Positions 51,962 through 61,323 of a DNA stretch of 64,000 nt are shown one piece after another. Within the stretch, counting starts at the first letter, position 1. Each line of letters opens with the position of its first letter. The stretch is from Opitutales bacterium (GTDB lineage: Bacteria > Verrucomicrobiota > Verrucomicrobiia > Opitutales > PNEW01), in NCBI GenBank assembly GCA_965197745.1, contig CBDANS010000006.1, forward strand, positions 1,184,001 to 1,248,000, given 5' to 3'. Position numbers and translations under genes: made by a program. The notes beneath the pieces are model-generated. The model did no database searches. It was not told the DNA's origin and saw only the letters and a program-made list of their open reading frames with translations.

Positions 51962-52858
51962 TTACCGGGTTTCTGTTAAAACATGTTCGATAAGCGATTC
52001 CGCATAGTCGGATTCAGCTTTGCTCAGCGTGTAGGTAGAGGAGCGCACGACAGGCTGATCGATTAATCCCTGACGGGCAAGCAAGCGCTTTTCTAAATGG
52101 AGAAGAATTTCCAAATTTTGCAGGGAATAATTGATGAAGGGCAATAGACGCCCCATTTCGGTAATAGCATTTGTCATCTCATCATCCCTGGCCAGGCGGT
52201 AAATACGGTTAAGGGGTTCGAGCAATGCCATACCCGGCATCACGCCGCATAATCCATGGGGAATTAATTCTAACATATAGTAACCACCCCAACCCTCGAG
52301 GACACCCACGCGATCATTCACGCGATCACGAATCGCCAGTAATTTATTAACAAATAAAGGTTCCTCCAGTTTAACATAGGTAAAATTAGGATGATTCTTG
52401 TTCAGGGTGTGTATTAATTCAGGACCAATTGTCGGTCCCCCGGGATTGAAATCCTGGACTAATAAGGGAAGGGAAATTGCGTCAGCAATTCTGCTTAAGT
52501 GGTTCAAGACATCACTTTCACTTATAGCGAACAGGCGTGGAACCGCAGTGGAGATCATGTCCACGCCCATTTCCTGGTAATGTCGGGCTATCTCGCAAGC
52601 AACACGGCTGGATACATGATTGGCCTGTCCAATAACCGGTATTTTTTTTGCGGCCGCTTCTACGGCAGTACCGATAACCGCTTCGCGTTCTTTATCTGTC
52701 AGCTTATAAAACTCACTGGCATAAGCAGGGAGACAGATTGCTTCCGCGCTTGATTGGGAGCAGAATTCAACCAGGCGTTTTAAATCCGCATGGTTAATGG
52801 ATTCGTCTTCATTGAACGGAACCGGAACAATAGGGACAATACCATCAATATTTATCAT
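51962..52858 (-). CDS. DHDPS-family aldolase/dehydratase
   Basis: VPFNEDESI, ASEFYKLT, VQD, YVKLE. Confidence 0.85.
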   Translation of the reverse strand: MINIDGIVPIVPVPFNEDESINHADLKRLVEFCSQSSAEAICLPAYASEFYKLTDKEREAVIGTAVEAAAKKIPVIGQANHVSSRVACEIARHYQEMGVDMISTAVPRLFAISESDVLNHLSRIADAISLPLLVQDFNPGGPTIGPELIHTLNKNHPNFTYVKLEEPLFVNKLLAIRDRVNDRVGVLEGWGGYYMLELIPHGLCGVMPGMALLEPLNRIYRLARDDEMTNAITEMGRLLPFINYSLQNLEILLHLEKRLLARQGLIDQPVVRSSTYTLSKAESDYAESLIEHVLTETR

Positions 52859-52992
52859 GGGGGTGATCTTTTATTTATATAGGGATAAATGGCAAAGGAG
52901 AATTAAAATTTACCGCGGAGGTGTTAAGATCGCTATGTCAATGGAATGATCAGGCGGTGTGTTCTAAATGTCATTTTACAAAAATACTCCTA

Positions 52993-53248
52993 TTGTCATT
53001 GCGAGGGAGGCTATCAGCCGACTGCGGCAATCCAGAAATATTGAATTGACCGATATTACATTTGAACCGAACTAAAAGTATGTGCGCAATATCTATTACG
53101 AATTACAACCTTGCTAATAAGCATGACAGAGGACTCATTGGGTATTTATGAGCGAAGAATGATATTTGCAGGCACAGTGACTATTCGCCTGGAATGGAAG
53201 ATGTCGCTGCGCTCGGTAGCCACGTCGCGCTGCTCCTCGCAATGACAA
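52993..53248. repeat. REP doublet/MITE-like unit (left arm empty, right arm with micro-insertion)
   Basis: TTGTCATTGCGAG at 52993 and CTCGCAATGACAA ending 53248. Confidence 0.85.
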
Positions 53249-53374
53249 AAGGGAGATTAATGAAAACTGTTAAGAACAACCTTAAATCCGCAACTTGTCA
53301 CGCCATTGCCTCGTCATCTCGAGGAGCGATGGCTGATTCGCAATAGGATCGAGGGCGAAGCCCGCCATTTCCCA

Positions 53375-54130
53375 TCAACCTCGAAAATCTTCAGCAGAAT
53401 CCTGGGGCACATATCCCAAGACTTCCCGTGGATGTTCTATATCTCTAATTCCCCACTTGTTGTTCGAAGAGGCGAAGAATATATCATACTTTAAATCATC
53501 AGGCGCTTCGATACAACGATGAAGAAAATCTGCGGTATCCCGGTGGCTGAGGAAAGCTGCGTATTCAAGGATATCAACGGGTCGATTCTCGGTGCGCACC
53601 CGTCCTAATCGAACACAGAGAACGGAGATGCCGTAAGCATCCGCATAATGACGGCCCAACGCCTCTCCCCAGACTTTCGACGCGCCGTATAACCCTCTTG
53701 CACGAACCATATCGTGGGTGAGCATGGGCCATTTTTCAGGAACTTCATCGTAACGTCCGGCAAATATAGCTTCATAGGGGGCTTCTGTGACCCACCCCGC
53801 GCAGGTGGCTACTGAACTGGCGTAAACGATGCGCTTGACACCGGCCAGTCTCGCAGCCTCGAAAACATTATAAGTCCCCATAACATTAATGCGCAGCATC
53901 GAGTCTCGGTCATCTTCAGAAATTTGTGCCGCGAGATGGACAACGACATCCTGTCCAACAAAAGCCGGTTTAATAGCCTCCAGATCACCGAGGTCGGCCT
54001 GAGTAGTCGGGACCCCTTCGACCATTCTCCTATTTAATGCGCTGAGCTCATACCCACCCACCGTTTCCAGGTGCTTGCGTAAAACCCCGCCAATCAGCCC
54101 GCTCATCCCGGTTATCAGTATTTTCTTCAT
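53375..54130 (-). CDS. NAD-dependent epimerase/dehydratase (uronate dehydrogenase-like)
   Basis: ITGMSGLIG, YGASK, LGYVPQDSAE. Confidence 0.85.
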   Translation of the reverse strand: MKKILITGMSGLIGGVLRKHLETVGGYELSALNRRMVEGVPTTQADLGDLEAIKPAFVGQDVVVHLAAQISEDDRDSMLRINVMGTYNVFEAARLAGVKRIVYASSVATCAGWVTEAPYEAIFAGRYDEVPEKWPMLTHDMVRARGLYGASKVWGEALGRHYADAYGISVLCVRLGRVRTENRPVDILEYAAFLSHRDTADFLHRCIEAPDDLKYDIFFASSNNKWGIRDIEHPREVLGYVPQDSAEDFRG

Positions 54131-54271
54131 CCCTTTTTTATGTCACCGTAAATGATTCTTGAGAATTACGATGAATCCTAAAAATGAGGGCAAGAATTTC
54201 TGCAAATGTAATCAAGCTTATTCGTAAATCATCGGCATTAAATGTGCTTCAGGACTTGCAGGTTGGTTTAC

Positions 54272-56317
54272 TTACACCGAAGTCTCTACGACGATTATAA
54301 ATATCGTGGTACCCTCGCCGTTTATAAATCTGACATCGATGTTTCGCGATGGCTGATCTGTATTATCGGATTTAATATTATTTTGTGAAATCAAGGTAGA
54401 GAAGCCTGCTTTCGTCGAATCACCTGGCGCTATAATGATTGGAGAACCGTTACTCTGCAATAGGTCTCCACCCGTAATTCTTAGCCCCGGGTTAGGGGCA
54501 CGGACCGTGAATGACCCACTGCCAAATTGAAGGTAGGGAACAGCATCTTCACTAGCGTCAATATCACCAATTAGAATACGTACCGCTACCGGTACTCCGC
54601 GCGCGTCAATCCCTATTTTTCCAGTCTTACCCGAAAACCTGGTATTCGCACACTGAACACCCCCTATCCCGGTAGAATTTATAATTTCAAGTAGCGCTAC
54701 GTCCGCCATGGCATCGTATGCCACCCCGTTGAGAAGCAGGTTTGAGTTTACAGCATTGGTCGACCCCACGGTAAAAATGCTGATATAGGTATTATCGTCT
54801 GCTTCTTCGATTGTCACCCGGGCCCGGCCTTTGGCATAATTTACAGCCGGTTGGTTATATTTGAGAGGTGGAGCTGGCGGCTCATATGTCACTGGATCCA
54901 GGGTAAGGGTCATTAACCCATTTCCGGAGAATTCTACCTGCACGATGTCATAATTTTCATCAATATAGGAAACGCGGGTGACATGTCCCTCTCTGCTTCG
55001 AACTTTAACGCTCTCACCGGTAAGCAGCACCTGGTCATAGATGATACCGCTTGGGTGTAAGATATTTTCTCCTGCGATTTCCCCTGATCCCTCGATCACG
55101 ATTGGATCGGAAAGCGATCCGACGGTAAGTTGGGAATCGGCAGCCGCGATAGGAGTGAATCCAAAGTCGTCGAGAGTAACGGCATGAAATTTCGTATTGA
55201 TAGAGAGAAGAGGACTATTGCTATAGGTGATTTTACCAATACCACCGGGCGCCCCTAATTCCTCAGCGTTGAAGTCGAAATAGGTAAATGGAATATTGGA
55301 TATGATTGCGATACTGCGAGCGAGATCCTTTCTCGAAGTGAGGAGATTGTCGTTTGTGTCAAAAACTTTAATTTCTCCGTCACCCAATAAATAAAGTGCG
55401 GCATAGAACTGGACTTGTGCCGCGGGTGTCTCAAAGGTAATCGTTCCTGTGCTGTTATTATGTATTAACCAGGCAGCCTGGGCTAAATTTTCATTACTTA
55501 TGGGATGAGAGTGATTATAAGAGGTTAATCGCAACGAGGTTCTTCCGATAATGCCATCAGCGAGGCCACCGGTAAAAGTAGCGGTAACGGGTGATTGGCC
55601 GATAGTAAAATTTTCCTGGTCCGCAAATACTGGATTATTTACTATCTTTTCAAAATCTTCGAAGACAGTATTATTCGGTGGCCCCTCGGTCAGTGTATAC
55701 CCTAAATCGTCAAGAGCAAAGAGACCCCTGACATCCTTAATTTTAATTTCTCTAATACCACTTGTGTAATTGAGATCTTCAAGGTCTTCAAACTCGCCAC
55801 TGAAAGCGACAAAGCTTTGTCGAGAGGGGACTGCTTGTGAATTAATTGAGGTCGGCAGACCTTCGACGAAGCCATTCGACTGGATGAAGAAATCATTTCT
55901 ATCCCTGAGTTCGATACGCCCTGCCCCCAAAGTTTCAGCGGCATGGAATTGCAGATGATTTACGCCTCGATTGAATAAAATTTTTCCTTCTTCACCGGCC
56001 TCTAGAACCAAAGCTCTGAATCCTGAATGAGCGAGGTTAGGATTATCTACCGACTCTACTTTGAACCCAATAAAGCGAATCCTGTTTGTCGGTTCACCGA
56101 GGGAAAAATCCTCCATTCCGAAGACATCTTCAAAATCGATAAATACTTCGAGGTCACGGGGCTCGGCAACGAGCCTGGAGGTAAATCCTAAAAATATTAA
56201 AAGTAAAACTTGAAAGCATATGATTTTTAAACGAGCAAATGTCATATACACATAGGCAGCTCCACCCATATTAACGGAAAAAATCCGGTCGATGCACACA
56301 AGTTGTGCTGCTCTCAT
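54272..56317 (-). CDS. Secreted multidomain protein, paralog of 48613-50905 lacking the Ig domain
   Basis: Two DFE...DD(L/F)G repeats plus HPSGIIYDQVLLTG C-terminal domain; likely start ATG 56245. Confidence 0.85.
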   Translation of the reverse strand: MRAAQLVCIDRIFSVNMGGAAYVYMTFARLKIICFQVLLLIFLGFTSRLVAEPRDLEVFIDFEDVFGMEDFSLGEPTNRIRFIGFKVESVDNPNLAHSGFRALVLEAGEEGKILFNRGVNHLQFHAAETLGAGRIELRDRNDFFIQSNGFVEGLPTSINSQAVPSRQSFVAFSGEFEDLEDLNYTSGIREIKIKDVRGLFALDDLGYTLTEGPPNNTVFEDFEKIVNNPVFADQENFTIGQSPVTATFTGGLADGIIGRTSLRLTSYNHSHPISNENLAQAAWLIHNNSTGTITFETPAAQVQFYAALYLLGDGEIKVFDTNDNLLTSRKDLARSIAIISNIPFTYFDFNAEELGAPGGIGKITYSNSPLLSINTKFHAVTLDDFGFTPIAAADSQLTVGSLSDPIVIEGSGEIAGENILHPSGIIYDQVLLTGESVKVRSREGHVTRVSYIDENYDIVQVEFSGNGLMTLTLDPVTYEPPAPPLKYNQPAVNYAKGRARVTIEEADDNTYISIFTVGSTNAVNSNLLLNGVAYDAMADVALLEIINSTGIGGVQCANTRFSGKTGKIGIDARGVPVAVRILIGDIDASEDAVPYLQFGSGSFTVRAPNPGLRITGGDLLQSNGSPIIIAPGDSTKAGFSTLISQNNIKSDNTDQPSRNIDVRFINGEGTTIFIIVVETSV

Positions 56318-56514
56318 GTATCAAGGATAGTTACATTTTATCCCATATAAAGAAAAAGGGGGAGAAACAGTATGGATTATTTCCCCAAATATATTTCAAG
56401 AGAGGGTCTGAAATGGGGGATATTTCCCAAATACCCATTAGATTTTCATCTCTGAAAACACGATCAGATTTATAATTAACTTAAATTTAACAACCTACGC
56501 ACCAAAGATAAAAG

Positions 56515-56531
56515 TTGGCACAGGGTATGCG
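56515..56531 (+). promoter_or_regulatory. Putative sigma54 -24/-12 promoter
   Basis: TTGGCAC-AGGGT-ATGC, one mismatch to TGGCAC-N5-TTGC, 36 nt before the cyclase ATG. Confidence 0.6.
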
Positions 56532-56566
56532 TAATAATGATTGTTAATCTAACAAGCTAACCCTAT

Positions 56567-57487
56567 ATGAGCTGTCTTCAATTTGGAAAATATTTATTAT
56601 CTGTATTTCCGTCATTAAGGCGTGAAACAAATCCCCCGTTATCCGGAGTAAAGGAAAATACGGACGTCGGTAAGGAAAGGAAGAGGGGGTGTATTAAAAA
56701 GGATTATATTTATGCCGATGAACTGAAGCAAATAATAGCCAGTGTCTGGAAGCTCAATGATCTGGCGATAAAGAATCGGGAACTGTCGGATCAACTGTCA
56801 GAAAACAGAAACGCCCAGGATAATGTTCTGAAATTACTCAAACGTTATGTTCCGGAACAGGTATTAACCGATGTATTAGACACCAGAAACATTGATATCA
56901 CGCCGCCCGGGAAATCCAGATTTGTCTCGATCTTGTTTTCCGACATTCGAAGTTTTACGAGGATATCCGGCAGGATGAAACCCCACCAGGTGGTGGCGTT
57001 CTTGAACGATTACTGGAAAATAATGCTGAGAAGTGTTATAAAGAACAACGGTTCAGTGAACAAATTTATGGGTGACGGGTTACTGGCAATCTTTGGCACC
57101 CCATTGCCTTATGCTGATAATCATGAAAATGCGGTCTACGCCGCTTTAGATATGGTTAAAGAACTGGAGAAAATAAATGAACAATATTCTGCTATACTAG
57201 GATCTGAGATTCAGATTGGAGTTGGCATCAATACAGGTGAAGTTGTCGTCGGGAATATTGGAACCGATGACTATATGGAATATACGGTAATTGGAGATAC
57301 CGTTAATGTAGCCTCACGACTTGAATCCTTAAGCAAACCCAATCCCAATTCCATAATTATCAGTGAGCGGACTTATGACTATGTGAAAAACGTTTTTCAA
57401 ACTACCGAAATGAAAGAATCCATGGTTGCAGGTAAAGATGAACCGATAGTCTTTTGTGAAGTATTGGGAAAAAAGAGACTAAATTAG
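56567..57487 (+). CDS. Class III adenylate cyclase (soluble, coiled-coil + CHD)
   Basis: FSDIRSFT, KFMGDG, YTVIGDTVNVASRLE. Confidence 0.9.
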   Translation: MSCLQFGKYLLSVFPSLRRETNPPLSGVKENTDVGKERKRGCIKKDYIYADELKQIIASVWKLNDLAIKNRELSDQLSENRNAQDNVLKLLKRYVPEQVLTDVLDTRNIDITPPGKSRFVSILFSDIRSFTRISGRMKPHQVVAFLNDYWKIMLRSVIKNNGSVNKFMGDGLLAIFGTPLPYADNHENAVYAALDMVKELEKINEQYSAILGSEIQIGVGINTGEVVVGNIGTDDYMEYTVIGDTVNVASRLESLSKPNPNSIIISERTYDYVKNVFQTTEMKESMVAGKDEPIVFCEVLGKKRLN

Positions 57488-57658
57488 TCGCGACTCTGCG
57501 GTAATTTTGGATATTTACGGTTGATAGACGGTGACGTATTCCGGTCTATGGCTCGGCATTTAATTTCTGATCGCAATTTTCAGTGCTCTGCTTTGTTATA
57601 GACCTGGTCCATTTGAATATCTCAGAAAAGTTTATTGAATAAGCACGGAGTCTGAAGG

Positions 57659-59569
57659 TTGAGTAGAGAATATTTCTGCGTTCCGAAAAAGTTAACCTTG
57701 TTTTATGACAAGGATGAAGAATCCCGGTGTTACCAATATGCAGTCTCGGAAACGGGACGTCTTTTCGGGCGTATCGGAGTGGCGACGGATAAGGTTCACG
57801 GGGGATCAGGTGGGGCCCCATTCTATCTTCAACTGGTGACACCCGATCAAAAGTCTCGCGAAGTTGAAATCCCTTCTCTGGGATCAATCGATGATGGCTA
57901 TCGAATTTCAATAACTGATACCGGTGTCACCCTCTACTCAGCATCGACGAAAGGAATACTCAACGGAGTTTATGATGCAGCAGAACGCGTTGGCTACTTT
58001 TTCCTTTACCCCGGCCTTGACGGCGAATGGCAACCCTCGGCAGAAGATACTATCACGCTGTCCCTGGTCGATGAGATCGTGGAGCCGAGATTTCCTCATC
58101 GGGGCGTGTTTTGGGAGGGTAAAAATGCTAACGATTATACGGATGAAGAGTGGCTGCGTTTTTACGCCAAGCTGCGCTTCAACGCGTTGAGACACGAGAT
58201 CGACGATCTTAACTTAACGGATGAACTTGGATTACGTTTAGAAGTGGGGGGTCATGAGTTGAAAGAGCTATTACCGCGTGAACACTATGATAAGCACCCG
58301 GAATGGTATCGTTTGGTCCAACCAAAAGACTTCAGCGGTCAGCGTTCAAATGATTTGAATTACTCGGTAACTAATGAGGAGGCGCGATTGGAAGTTAAAA
58401 GTAATTTTCGAGAAAAACTTAAAACTGTCGCCGGAGTCCATGCCCTACATGCCTGGCCGGATGATTTACCCGGAGGGGGATGGTGTTACTCTTCGACAAG
58501 CCGGGCGTTTTCTCCCGCTGATCAGGCAATGCTGGCGATGCGCACTTTGGCCGAAGTAGTGGAAGAGGAAAAATTGCCATTGCGCATTCCGGTCTTAGCT
58601 TATCATGACACCCTGTTTCCGGGTACGCAGGTTGATGTGTCTAAAGAATGCTTTCTCCTCTTTGCTCCGCGTGAACGATGTTATGGTCATGCCTTGAATG
58701 ACCCTGCCTGTAAACGGAACCAGGTCTACTGCCAGGCCTTAAAAGAATGGATGGTTAAATTTGAAAACATCGACGATGCGCACACATTCGAATATTATTT
58801 TGACCAGATCCTCTTTCGTGGAATCTATCCCTTTCTTCCCGGTGTTATCATTGCCGATATGAGTGTTTATCAGGATCAGCGTATTGAATGCCATATGTCC
58901 CTTCAGGTAGGCGGCCCGGCGATCGCGCCTGAGCACAATATGCTTCTCTTCGCGCGCGCGCAGTGGGACGAGGATCTGACAACGGAATCCTATATCGATT
59001 ATTTTGCAAAACACCTTTGCCCTGAACATTGTGAACCATGGGTGGCGTTCCTCACCCGTCGCGGCCAGATATTTGCCGACGCATTGCGAATGTGCGACCA
59101 TGATTTAAATAATTATTTCGATTATCGCTGGCTCCCTGAAACGACTACACCCTTTGGAAAAGCAGTCGCTCAAGCTTATGAAAATGCTGCCGTTGCGATG
59201 GGTCACGCCACCGACAATCTGGAAAGTTCTGTTGAGACTTATTGGCCGACACGCTTAAGTGAGTTGGCGAAGAATGAAATCAGCCGCGCGCGATTCGAGA
59301 CCCAAGAGTTTCACGTCATGCACCTCCAGCAATTAGCCATGTATAATTTCGGCTTTTTCCTCAATACGCGCGAAGTTAAATACGCGGAAAAGGGAGTAAA
59401 ACTCCTGGAACAGACTATCATCGCGCAAGATGAAGCGATAAAGAAAGCAAAGAAGGCAAAGCTTCCCGCCGACAGTTATTACTTTAAATTGGTGAAAGAT
59501 TGGCTTCGTCCTGAATTTGAGGAAAAAATCAAAATTTACCGATCGGCTATCGGAAAAATTAATAAATAA
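57659..59569 (+). CDS. DUF4838-like putative glycoside hydrolase
   Basis: GH20/67-like N-domain (DGYRI...GILNGVY...EPRFPHRG), HPEWY, LAYHDT. Confidence 0.65.
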   Translation: MSREYFCVPKKLTLFYDKDEESRCYQYAVSETGRLFGRIGVATDKVHGGSGGAPFYLQLVTPDQKSREVEIPSLGSIDDGYRISITDTGVTLYSASTKGILNGVYDAAERVGYFFLYPGLDGEWQPSAEDTITLSLVDEIVEPRFPHRGVFWEGKNANDYTDEEWLRFYAKLRFNALRHEIDDLNLTDELGLRLEVGGHELKELLPREHYDKHPEWYRLVQPKDFSGQRSNDLNYSVTNEEARLEVKSNFREKLKTVAGVHALHAWPDDLPGGGWCYSSTSRAFSPADQAMLAMRTLAEVVEEEKLPLRIPVLAYHDTLFPGTQVDVSKECFLLFAPRERCYGHALNDPACKRNQVYCQALKEWMVKFENIDDAHTFEYYFDQILFRGIYPFLPGVIIADMSVYQDQRIECHMSLQVGGPAIAPEHNMLLFARAQWDEDLTTESYIDYFAKHLCPEHCEPWVAFLTRRGQIFADALRMCDHDLNNYFDYRWLPETTTPFGKAVAQAYENAAVAMGHATDNLESSVETYWPTRLSELAKNEISRARFETQEFHVMHLQQLAMYNFGFFLNTREVKYAEKGVKLLEQTIIAQDEAIKKAKKAKLPADSYYFKLVKDWLRPEFEEKIKIYRSAIGKINK

Positions 59570-59696
59570 GATTGGCTCGCCTCGAGGTGAATTAAATTAC
59601 GCCCTATCGGTTTGAGCACAAATTCCTTGCTTTAAAGGCAGCGGCTAACAATCTTTTATTGTTCAATTAAACGGTAACCAGGAAAAAACATTACAC

Positions 59697-60161
59697 ATGA
59701 GCGCAGATGCACGTATATCAGAACTGAACCTTGAACTGCCACCAGCCACTAAACCCGCAGGTGTCTATAAACCAATAGTCATAGCGGGTAACATGGCATA
59801 TATATCCGGGCACGGGCCTTACAAGTCCGATGAGACCATGATTCAAGGCCGCGTCGGGGAGGAACTCGATCTTGATGCCGGAAAAGCGGCGGCTAGACAG
59901 GTGGGTCTAGCGATTTTAGCGACCCTTCGCGAGAACCTGGGAAGCCTCGATCGTGTTAAAAGGGTGGTGAAGCTGTTGGGCATGGTAAACAGCACCCCCG
60001 ATTTTTTAGATCATCCTATAGTTATCAATGGATGCAGTGAATTATTTAGCGAAGTATTCGGCGAGGAAAATGGAATTGGAGCCCGCAGTGCTGTCGGTAT
60101 GGTTGTCTTACCGGGAAATATCACGGTTGAAATTGAAGCGATTTTTGAAATTGCGATGTGA
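59697..60161 (+). CDS. RidA/YjgF family protein
   Basis: ISGHGP, NGCSELF, ARSAVG, VEIE. Confidence 0.9.
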   Translation: MSADARISELNLELPPATKPAGVYKPIVIAGNMAYISGHGPYKSDETMIQGRVGEELDLDAGKAAARQVGLAILATLRENLGSLDRVKRVVKLLGMVNSTPDFLDHPIVINGCSELFSEVFGEENGIGARSAVGMVVLPGNITVEIEAIFEIAM

Positions 60162-60206
60162 ATCGAAGGGTGCCCGGTTTAAGCATTGATTCATCATCTT
60201 CGTCGC

Positions 60207-61121
60207 TTAATTACTTTCCAATTTTAAGGATCGTTTCCCGAAGTATTTTTCCCAGCGGCTGAGATTTACAGATTCTTTTTCGATGGTGCGTATGTGTTCT
60301 TCTATTTTTTGGACGTAAGGATTTACACCGTTTGGCCAGGGTTGAGCGAGAAATCTGAATAGACCGTGGCATTCTTTATCCAGTTTTGGAATTACCAGTT
60401 TTTCCCAGAATATTGGGGTGCCACGAAATAGTTCTTCCGTGTTTTTGAACATGCGATTATCCTTGGGGATATTGCGGTAGTTATCTGATTCTTCAAATTC
60501 AAGAAACAGGTTCGGTAACTTATGCAAATAGTCAGGGTCGCTCATCTGGCCGAGGTAATCTGCGCTGCACACGGATTCTCCGATAATTTTTTCAAGAGGG
60601 TTATGAAAGGGGATTGCATCGATAATGCTGCGAGGACCGGTACAGCTGATGAGATGCTGAACGGTGGTTATGTCTTTTTTTTGCCACTCTTTTTGTGAGA
60701 GGTAATAATCAGCCAGTTCACAGCTTCTCTTCTCATGGACAAATGTGTATTTTGCCCCAGTGCCTTCATCGTCACCTTTCGCTTTAAGAAATCCAACATA
60801 ATGAAGCATTACCGCAAACAGGCCTATTTCAAAATCTCTGGACGTCATAATGGGTTTGGCTTTGAGCAAGGTTCTATTGGCAATCATCCGCGTCCAACAT
60901 AGGGTCACCTGCAAAGTGTGTTCCAGGTCATGGTAGAGCGTATCCATTGCCTGATAATCCCAGAAATTGCCGGCAAAGATCTCACTTACATCCTCAAAGA
61001 GCTGGGATATTGCTGCGGTGTCAGCTTCAGGAAATACTTCATTCTGTATTTTCAAAACCGCTTTAGTCACTTCACGAAAGTCGTGTGTATTTAATTCCTC
61101 GAGCGTGTATTTTAAAGTCAT
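60207..61121 (-). CDS. HD-domain protein, paralog 2 (HD motif reads HY)
   Basis: YHDLEHT, MLHYVG, ADYLGQMS; colinear with 28896-29798. Confidence 0.8.
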   Translation of the reverse strand: MTLKYTLEELNTHDFREVTKAVLKIQNEVFPEADTAAISQLFEDVSEIFAGNFWDYQAMDTLYHDLEHTLQVTLCWTRMIANRTLLKAKPIMTSRDFEIGLFAVMLHYVGFLKAKGDDEGTGAKYTFVHEKRSCELADYYLSQKEWQKKDITTVQHLISCTGPRSIIDAIPFHNPLEKIIGESVCSADYLGQMSDPDYLHKLPNLFLEFEESDNYRNIPKDNRMFKNTEELFRGTPIFWEKLVIPKLDKECHGLFRFLAQPWPNGVNPYVQKIEEHIRTIEKESVNLSRWEKYFGKRSLKLESN

Positions 61122-61323
61122 GTTTAGCAGTCAGAAAAACCCAATAGTTACTAATAATAAAGTAAAATAATCTTAAGATCGGATATCTGCTTAGTCAAGT
61201 TGAGGACATATTAAAGGAAAAATGACTGGATATAAGTTGCATGTCCCCTGTCTCGAGAAGTATCATTAAAGTATGCGAAAACTATTGATAATCAGCTTTT
61301 AAGCTGTAAGAAAAAAACCGCGC

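Noticed and set aside
43400..53248. CRISPR array
   Set aside because: Repeats are dispersed and palindromic, not regularly spaced; no cas genes
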